Assembly: GCA_046759445.1 (NCBI GenBank)
Contig: JBHICG010000053.1
Coordinates: 1 to 24,109, forward strand
DNA: 24,109 bases
Origin: Candidatus Scalinduaceae bacterium
GTDB taxonomy: Bacteria > Planctomycetota > Brocadiia > Brocadiales > Scalinduaceae
Direction: 5' to 3'
Shown here: one piece after another, positions 17,666 through 24,109 of the stretch
How positions within the stretch are numbered: the stretch's first letter is position 1
Layout of the letters: each line of letters opens with the position of its first letter
Notes under the pieces: model-generated
What the model saw: the letters and a program-made list of their open reading frames with translations, nothing else
What the model was told of the DNA's origin: nothing
Databases searched by the model: none
Position numbers and translations under genes: made by a program

Positions 17666-18751
17666 ATGGAAGATACTACAGAAAAACCTTCAACAACTGA
17701 AGCCCTCAATAAACCTTTAGATCTTAAAGGCGGACTCAGAGAAGAACCTGATTTATGGAAAATTATTGGAAACAGTAAAGAGATTAAGGACGTTCTTAAA
17801 AATATACAAACTGTTTTGGATAGCGACGTGCCCGTAATTATTCATGGAGAAACCGGTACAGGAAAAGAGCTTGTCGCAAAGGCTATTCATTACAGAGGCC
17901 CCAGGCGCCAAAATCCCTTTTATGCCATAAACTGTGCGGCAATTCCTGAGACTCTAATGGAAAGCGAATTATTTGGATACGAAAAAGGCGCTTTTACGGG
18001 AGCAACACAGCAACATATAGGAAAATTTGAGCGCGCAAATATGGGCACATTTTTTTTGGATGAAGTGAATGGGATGAGCCAAACCACCCAGTCAAAAATC
18101 TTACGAGTGATTGAAGAACAAACATTTGAGAGAGTAGGCGGAAGTAAACATATCAAGGCAAACGTACGTATTATTTCAGCAAGCAATATAGACTTATTAA
18201 ATGAAGTTCGTTCAAGCAAGTTTAGAGAAGACCTGTACTATCGTATTGCCGTATTCCGAATATACATTCCTCCATTGCGCGAGAGAAAGAATGATATACC
18301 CGAGCTAGTTAACTGCTTTGTTAAAAGATATAGTACATTGGCGGGTAAAAATATAAGGGCATTAGCTCCGCGCACGATGGAAAAACTGGTAGATTACAAC
18401 TGGCCGGGCAATATCAGACAACTCCAGAATAGTATTAGAAGGGCTATCCTGTTAGCGGCTAATGATACTCTGCTGCCAGACCATTTTGATTTTCCAGACG
18501 TGGGAGAGAACAATTTAAAGATGATAGAATCTCTTGAGGATGGACTCTCCATGCTTGAATCATCTTTAAGGAGACGCGAAATAATTCCTTTAAGTAAGGT
18601 TGAGGAAGTGTTTATCAGGCAAGCATTGAATATTACAAAAGGCAACATTTCCAAAGCGGCTGAACAACTGGGTGTCAGCAGATCCACAATTTATAGGAAG
18701 ATGCAAGAACTCGGCATTCAAACAGAAGACTCTCAAATACCTACTGAATGA
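17666..18751 (+). CDS. Sigma54-dependent transcriptional activator (AAA+ and Fis-type HTH, no sensory domain)
   Basis: GETGTGKE, ELFGYEKGAFTGA, FLDEV, FREDLYYR, WPGNIRQL and AAEQLGVSRSTIYRKM motifs. Confidence 0.93.
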   Translation: MEDTTEKPSTTEALNKPLDLKGGLREEPDLWKIIGNSKEIKDVLKNIQTVLDSDVPVIIHGETGTGKELVAKAIHYRGPRRQNPFYAINCAAIPETLMESELFGYEKGAFTGATQQHIGKFERANMGTFFLDEVNGMSQTTQSKILRVIEEQTFERVGGSKHIKANVRIISASNIDLLNEVRSSKFREDLYYRIAVFRIYIPPLRERKNDIPELVNCFVKRYSTLAGKNIRALAPRTMEKLVDYNWPGNIRQLQNSIRRAILLAANDTLLPDHFDFPDVGENNLKMIESLEDGLSMLESSLRRREIIPLSKVEEVFIRQALNITKGNISKAAEQLGVSRSTIYRKMQELGIQTEDSQIPTE

Positions 18752-18921
18752 TTAAACCCCATGTCCATTCCTGTATAATTCGAACAAGGATATTAGCATG
18801 TTTAAGTTTATCAAAGATCATAGGCTCTGGAAAAATCCGAGAACAACAAATAACAGTTTTATAATTTTATATAAATATGAACTATTACTATATTTATTGG
18901 AACGTAGATACTCTCCATAGC

Positions 18922-20556
18922 CTATTCATATTCCTTGAATAGCGTTTCCAGATTGTGTTCTTTTCTCCAGGTCTTCTCTAACATATCTCGAATTTTATCC
19001 AGAAAGACGTAACTTTCCTCTATTTTATCTCTTAGTATTAATTTCATGATCATGATTTGGCCCATCTTCTTTATATCCCGGTCAGCATGGTGTAAACCTA
19101 GTTCTTCAATTTTATTTTCAACCTCAAGTTTCTGATAAATTAGGTCAAGAGAGGGAGTGAGCGTGCCAGTGAAGTCATCAAACAGTACATTTTCTTTTTG
19201 TAAACCAAGATTATTGGCCGCCGCATCAATCACCGTTACCGTCATCGGTGCTGGCCCACACAGGTAAAACGTTATATCAGGGTCATAAGAAAGATATTTA
19301 GCAAGCAAGGGGCCGATAAAACCAACCTGCCCAAGCCATTTCTCGCCACTTTTATCAATCAAACCATGTTCTATGATGCTTCGCCTGCGTTCATCTGATA
19401 TATTTTTAAAGCATTCTTTATCTAGTTTGTTTAATTCAGCCGGATTATCACCCTTGAATACACCTGACAATACAGGTATAAATCTGAAATTTGGAAACTC
19501 CTCCTGCCAATTTAGCCATTTCAAGATATAGAGCATGGGAATATCCTGAAACCGTCTTTCACCGAGGAAGAAAAATATATCATCTTTACGCCCTTCGTCG
19601 AACCATTGTTCAAGTAAAGCCAGGATAGGAGCAAGACCTGCCCCGCCTGCCACAAAAACAGCCTTGTGATTTTCTTTCTTCAACGAGAAATGACCATAAG
19701 GACCCGTAAACCGTATCCTATCTCCAACCCATAAGTTCCATACTGATTCATCCTGAATATAATCTTTTATACAGTTTGGGCCAATACACGGGACACCACC
19801 ATTTTCGACCGGTATGCGTGGATTTATTGGCGCAGTTCTCGCAATCAATTTTATTAAGTCTTTTCTTGTCGAAGCTATCGAATAGGCACGATAAAGCTCA
19901 ATACCTGGGGTATAGGGAACATAATCCCTTCCTGTTTCATTACAAAAGCATCGTATCTGTTCAACATATTTCTTGTAATGTTCTTCTGCATAATCATCGG
20001 GTACTCTTATCTGAATATACTGTCCTGGAATAAAATCAAACTTCTGAAACGGTAGTAAACGTATCTCATATTTATCGTAGGTTAAAGGGATTTTCTTGAC
20101 TACGCGGGCAGTGTATTTTTTAACCTGTAATGTTGACATTGGTAGATAAACGTTGACATCTTTATCCACCATTACCTGACAGGATAGTCTTGTATATCCG
20201 TCACCTTTACCTTCTTTAAGGAACTGATTGGTCTCTTTCCTTGCCCTGCTATCGAAAAGAGGTATTTCAGTCGGCGCGTACGTGCCCATATTGGTAAGTA
20301 ATTTTACCTTACATTGCCCACAAGTGGCATTTCCACCACACCCGGCAGATATATGGTAACCCTTGTTTTGAAGTATAGAGAGTAATTTCTTTCCGCCTTC
20401 AACATCTAACTCCTTTTTGTAGTCATCATCACTATATACGACAAGTTTCAGCCTCTTCCCTTTGCCAAATAACTGATAGGTTATCTCACTAAGTGCGGCC
20501 ATAGAGAGCATGAGTATGATAATAATACAAATTCCCAATATTAAAGAAGTAATCAT
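18922..20556 (-). CDS. nqrF: NqrF-like membrane-anchored [2Fe-2S]/FAD/NAD(P)H reductase subunit, extended
   Basis: N-terminal TM helix, CGGNATCGQC...RLSCQ, PGQYIQI, RAYSIAS, TGPYG, AGGAGLAP, YLCGP and FDDF motifs; last gene of the Nqr-like cluster. Confidence 0.85.
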   Translation of the reverse strand: MITSLILGICIIIILMLSMAALSEITYQLFGKGKRLKLVVYSDDDYKKELDVEGGKKLLSILQNKGYHISAGCGGNATCGQCKVKLLTNMGTYAPTEIPLFDSRARKETNQFLKEGKGDGYTRLSCQVMVDKDVNVYLPMSTLQVKKYTARVVKKIPLTYDKYEIRLLPFQKFDFIPGQYIQIRVPDDYAEEHYKKYVEQIRCFCNETGRDYVPYTPGIELYRAYSIASTRKDLIKLIARTAPINPRIPVENGGVPCIGPNCIKDYIQDESVWNLWVGDRIRFTGPYGHFSLKKENHKAVFVAGGAGLAPILALLEQWFDEGRKDDIFFFLGERRFQDIPMLYILKWLNWQEEFPNFRFIPVLSGVFKGDNPAELNKLDKECFKNISDERRRSIIEHGLIDKSGEKWLGQVGFIGPLLAKYLSYDPDITFYLCGPAPMTVTVIDAAANNLGLQKENVLFDDFTGTLTPSLDLIYQKLEVENKIEELGLHHADRDIKKMGQIMIMKLILRDKIEESYVFLDKIRDMLEKTWRKEHNLETLFKEYE

Positions 20557-20592
20557 TTTATTAATCCTGAATTATTTAAACTTAACCTGTAA

Positions 20593-20689
20593 AAAGGGGA
20601 CAGGCGTAACCTCCTTCAGAGATGACAAATTCAAGGATTTCTTGTTACAATCAAAGTTCGTGCCGAACAGTGTTGAGCTTGTTCCCTTT
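20593..20689. repeat. Intergenic inverted repeat (AAAGGGGACAGGC ... GCTTGTTCCCTTT), REP/MITE-like
   Basis: 13-bp arms match at 11/13; both mismatches are G-T wobbles on the + strand. Confidence 0.5.
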
Positions 20690-20702
20690 ATCATTTATCA
20701 CA

Positions 20703-22121
20703 TCAGAATATCTTTATCAACCCGATACCAGTAAAGATTGCTGCCATGAAACCCAGGAGCAGTATAGCAAGGGAATCTTCATCCCATGAATTTACGGGAA
20801 CAAACAATCTTTGGCGTCTTAATACAGCTAACCAGATACATACCATCAACCAATGAAGACCATAGCCAAAAGCCGTAACCGTTGCAGCCCAAAAAGACAA
20901 GCCAGGTGGAATAGTAAAGGCTGAACTTGCAAGGACAATGCAGTTTACGGTAATAAGCTCTAAAAATTGTCCCATTTGTTGATACACATCCATTGCGAAG
21001 CGTCTGAGCAGTACACCCAGGATCTGTACAAACGTTGCAATGGTTACAATAAAAACGGTGAGGTAAAATATCTTCTCTAGTCTTATAGGTATGGGAGAAA
21101 TCGTTGAAAGGTAATTGCTTACATTGAGCAATAACTTATTATAAACTATCCAATTAAGGCTTGTGGACAGGGTGACCACTATCACAACCGCTAAACCCAT
21201 CTTCCATGCTGCATCAATCTGTCTTGATTTGTTAAGCAGAGGACATATTCCCAGAAGCTTGCTTAATACGAGACCGTCAAAAAACAAAGCGCTGAGGAAT
21301 AACGGGAAAAGGATTTTAAATTGATTATTTATGAACGAAGCAGCTTTTAGATTAACCATGAGGCTTATGATGAGGAGAACTCCTACTGCAATGGTAATTA
21401 TGAACATCTTCGACATTTTAGGCTTTTTCAATCTTGAAGTTATAGGAGTTCCTCCATTTGTAGTAGTTTCAGTTGTCTCCTGTCGTAACCTTTCCTCATA
21501 AACAACCCCTGTCTTGACAAAGAGGGGTCTGAGCATGAGTCTCCATAATGCAAGGGTAAAAAACCCTCCCACGGGTGTTATCATCAATACCACTACAGGA
21601 AAATTCTCCGGAAGCACACGAAAATTCATTAGCGTGCCAAATCCCAGGGGTTCCCTCATGAGCGCTAGAAATATGAGTGCAATAGAATAACCGAGACATG
21701 CCTTTAATATCTTCTTCTGAGCGTCCCAGAATTCATACGTCAGTCCTTCGGAAATTACGGCAAGTACTATACAGTTTGTCGTAATCAGGTCAATGTATGC
21801 CTTTATGTTAAAGGCTATCCTGGGTACTGTAGCCTGAGCTATCAGATTAAATATGGCTACAAATACGGATACAATAATCATGAGGAGTGTTATCTTATGA
21901 TGTGTTCCGGATGCTAATATCAGTTTTCTGAATGGATATACAAGACAAAAACTGCCACAGGTGACAAAGATAACTCCAACGTCCATTGTAAGAGAATTTT
22001 CCATCTTGTTAGTTACTGCCAGGGCTGAACAAAAACCTAGTCCTGCAGCAGCAGATATTATATAATTATCTCTTAGAAAGAACTTTGATATCTGTCTAAA
22101 ATATCTTGCCATCACATTCAT
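20703..22121 (-). CDS. Fused NqrD-NqrE (RnfE-RnfA type) membrane subunit
   Basis: Two tandem Rnf-Nqr membrane domains in one frame: LGFCSALAVT...LITTNCIV...REPLGFG...PVGGFF (D/RnfE-like), then LGICPLL...LITVNCIV...GFMAAIFTG (E/RnfA-like). ATGA overlap with the upstream gene. Confidence 0.9.
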   Translation of the reverse strand: MNVMARYFRQISKFFLRDNYIISAAAGLGFCSALAVTNKMENSLTMDVGVIFVTCGSFCLVYPFRKLILASGTHHKITLLMIIVSVFVAIFNLIAQATVPRIAFNIKAYIDLITTNCIVLAVISEGLTYEFWDAQKKILKACLGYSIALIFLALMREPLGFGTLMNFRVLPENFPVVVLMITPVGGFFTLALWRLMLRPLFVKTGVVYEERLRQETTETTTNGGTPITSRLKKPKMSKMFIITIAVGVLLIISLMVNLKAASFINNQFKILFPLFLSALFFDGLVLSKLLGICPLLNKSRQIDAAWKMGLAVVIVVTLSTSLNWIVYNKLLLNVSNYLSTISPIPIRLEKIFYLTVFIVTIATFVQILGVLLRRFAMDVYQQMGQFLELITVNCIVLASSAFTIPPGLSFWAATVTAFGYGLHWLMVCIWLAVLRRQRLFVPVNSWDEDSLAILLLGFMAAIFTGIGLIKIF

Positions 22122-22822
22122 TCTTTATTTGCCTCCATTTCTTGCCAGAAGGTATTCATTGCCTCATTGATTATATTCTCAATTCCCTTGCTTGTGTATG
22201 AAGCGCCCGTAATGGCATGCACTTCATTGGAGCCAACTGTCTCTCTTCCTCTTACGAGAGATATTTTTGGTTTAAGTTTTTTCCCGATAAATTGTCTCTT
22301 AAATTCATTTTCAGTCATTCTACCACCAAGACCGGGCGTCTCAGCATGATCTAGCACTTCTATACCCTTTATAGTTTCCAGATCAGGGTCGACACAAATA
22401 AATAGAGAAATCTCCGCCGCCTTGTTAAAACCATAACCAAGTCTTGTTACAACAAACCCGGTTCCGTGTAATTTTTCATCTTTATAATATTTGAAGAGTT
22501 CTTTAGCTGTTTCATCTTTCTTGATTCCAGGTTGTTCTGTCATGGGTATTTCTGGAAGGACTTCTATTGTTATATTCTTTGTAAACCTATTTCTGACATC
22601 TTTCTTGTCAATTTTCTTAAATTTAAGGCCAAAAATTTGTTTTTCTTCAGTGCGATACGGAACATTAAAAATGTCCAGGACAGATTTTTTTAACTTTATT
22701 TCGTGGTATTCGGCTATCCTCGGAGCCGTTACAAAATAAAGGGCCAGCAATATTGTGCCTGGAATAGCAGTAATGAGGCTAATAGCTACGATCCTAGTTA
22801 TAAACACCTTTAGTTCATTCAT
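22118..22822 (-). CDS. nqrC: NqrC/RnfG-like FMN-binding subunit
   Basis: N-terminal TM anchor, HAETPGLGG, and flavinylation motif AITGASYTS. Confidence 0.85.
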   Translation of the reverse strand: MNELKVFITRIVAISLITAIPGTILLALYFVTAPRIAEYHEIKLKKSVLDIFNVPYRTEEKQIFGLKFKKIDKKDVRNRFTKNITIEVLPEIPMTEQPGIKKDETAKELFKYYKDEKLHGTGFVVTRLGYGFNKAAEISLFICVDPDLETIKGIEVLDHAETPGLGGRMTENEFKRQFIGKKLKPKISLVRGRETVGSNEVHAITGASYTSKGIENIINEAMNTFWQEMEANKE

Positions 22823-22829
22823 TTATTCC

Positions 22830-23933
22830 TCATATTCTATATTTTATCTTTAGTATAATGGATTGGATTGGAACTCCTACAAGATTCATAAGTAATATGG
22901 CATACATCACACCTTCCGGTATAGGAGTAAAATTTCTTATAACGACGGTGATGAAACCACAACCTATACTAAATATCCACTTGCCAATCTGACTATACGT
23001 GGTCGTAATCGGGTCTGTAGCCATAAAGAATGCACCGAAGATAAGTCCCCCACTCAAGAGTTGAAACATTGGTGGCGCCATGGTTTCCCCATTTATTAAA
23101 GAAAAAAGGGCAGAAAAGATAAATGCACTTCCTAAATAAGCAACTGGAATTCTCCAGTTTGCAATCCTTTTCTTACACAGCCATATTCCTGTTATAATAA
23201 GGGCTATGCGGCATGTTTCTCCCAAAGAGCCGGTATTAGCGCCGAATAAGAGAGAAATATACGATGTCACCTCACCTGTTTCCTTGAAGACTATCAATGG
23301 GGTTGCATGCGTTACTGCATCCACTCCGTACATTAGGGATTGAAATGTTGGTATGCCTATGAGTGGTTCCTGCCAACCAGATACAACCATTGTAGGAAAA
23401 CAGATTGTCAGGATTAGACGACCAAATAAGGCAGGGTTAACAAGATTGTATCCAACCCCTCCAGTTATATTCCTGAATAATATGCTAACCGCCGCTCCAA
23501 CGCCAATTAACCATAGAGGTGCCTGAGGTGGCAGGAATGCGGGGATAAAGAGACAGGTTACAAATCCTCCTTCATTAATCCTGTCCTCTTTTGCAAGTAT
23601 CACCCATAGTATGTCTACTACGAACACACCAACCACAAAAGATACTATAATTTTGGATACAACGCACACAAATCCAAAGAAATATATAGCAGGCACAACC
23701 CAACCTACGAACAATGCCACAAGAATACCACCCATATATTGTTTAACATCCATCTGATTTCTAATAAACGGTTGGGTTTGGGCTGTATCCTTAGAGCTTC
23801 TGATAAGACCATCAAATGCCTCAAATAATGCTCCAAAAAGGAAATTTACCTTTGGACGTGAATGAATAAATGATTCAGTTTTATTTAGAGTTTTATTTAA
23901 AATTGGCTCTATTTTTTTTATAATATCCTTCAT
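22830..23933 (-). CDS. nqrB: NqrB/RnfD-like membrane subunit
   Basis: NqrB-type N-terminus (ALFEAFD), NEGGFVT, GGVGYNLVNPALFGR, DAVTHATPL, GSLGET, FMATDP and PEGVMYAILLMN motifs. Confidence 0.9.
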   Translation of the reverse strand: MKDIIKKIEPILNKTLNKTESFIHSRPKVNFLFGALFEAFDGLIRSSKDTAQTQPFIRNQMDVKQYMGGILVALFVGWVVPAIYFFGFVCVVSKIIVSFVVGVFVVDILWVILAKEDRINEGGFVTCLFIPAFLPPQAPLWLIGVGAAVSILFRNITGGVGYNLVNPALFGRLILTICFPTMVVSGWQEPLIGIPTFQSLMYGVDAVTHATPLIVFKETGEVTSYISLLFGANTGSLGETCRIALIITGIWLCKKRIANWRIPVAYLGSAFIFSALFSLINGETMAPPMFQLLSGGLIFGAFFMATDPITTTYSQIGKWIFSIGCGFITVVIRNFTPIPEGVMYAILLMNLVGVPIQSIILKIKYRI

Positions 23934-23977
23934 CTTAGTTTATTTCTTTAATGTTAAAAAGTTTTAAATCTTATATA

Positions 23978-24065
23978 AGATTCCGAAACAATACTGAAAC
24001 GAGTTCAGCACAAGGAATGACGGAGAAAAACCATAAAATGTCATGCTGAACTCTTTTCAGCATCT
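23978..24065. repeat. REP-like palindromic pair (TGCTGAACTCxTTTCAG family)
   Basis: 23991-24010 ATACTGAAACGAGTTCAGCA matches the reverse complement of 24044-24063 at 18/20. Each unit is itself a hairpin (ATGCTGAA-N5-TTCAGCAT in the right unit). Confidence 0.75.
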
Positions 24066-24109
24066 AATTTACATTCTTTAATAACCTGAAGCAGTTCCAA
24101 CTTTGAAGG
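24041..24109 (-). CDS. C-terminal tail of a probable NqrA/RnfC-like subunit (partial)
   Basis: Minus-strand frame from the window edge reads PSKLELLQVIKECKLDAEKSSA*. This resembles the (C)PSKI.L..II end of NqrA/RnfC and sits where that gene is expected, upstream of nqrB. Only 22 codons are visible. Confidence 0.6.
   Translation of the reverse strand, partial: PSKLELLQVIKECKLDAEKSSA

Noticed and set aside
2248..22739. Numerous short ORF-track entries antisense or out-of-frame to assigned genes (e.g. 2248-2595, 6451-6900, 9136-9636, 16127-16561, 19776-20033)
   Set aside because: They overlap well-supported genes and carry no motifs; treated as shadow ORFs.
22830..24109. Idea that the cluster lacks NqrA/RnfC
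   Set aside because: The window edge encodes a PSKLELLQVIKEC tail consistent with that subunit, so absence cannot be claimed.

Overview
AT-rich bacterial chromosomal window. The style of L34 and TrxB and the gene content suggest a planctomycete, possibly anammox Brocadiales/Scalindua-like (inference only). Left end: start of a minus-strand V/A-type ATPase operon (flavin oxidoreductase, then subunits G/H, I and K; K carries a Na+-type signature). Middle: trxB, a four-helix-bundle gene boxed by inverted octamer repeats, a Pgm1-like ATP-grasp ligase, a hypothetical gene, def, a TauE/SafE exporter, an amidohydrolase, an MFS transporter, rpmH (missed by the ORF track), cinA, a REC-GGDEF diguanylate cyclase, cobT and a sensor-less sigma54 activator. 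Right end, the most interesting part: a divergent Nqr/Rnf-like operon ([nqrA/rnfC tail], nqrB, nqrC, nqrD::nqrE fusion, nqrF). D and E are fused through an extra, apparently topology-flipping transmembrane helix. The cofactor ligands are kept, but acidic residues linked to Na+ pumping appear replaced, and NqrF carries insertions and an 80-aa C-terminal extension. Several REP/MITE-like inverted repeats lie between genes. All alignments to reference proteins were done by eye from memory and need computational confirmation.
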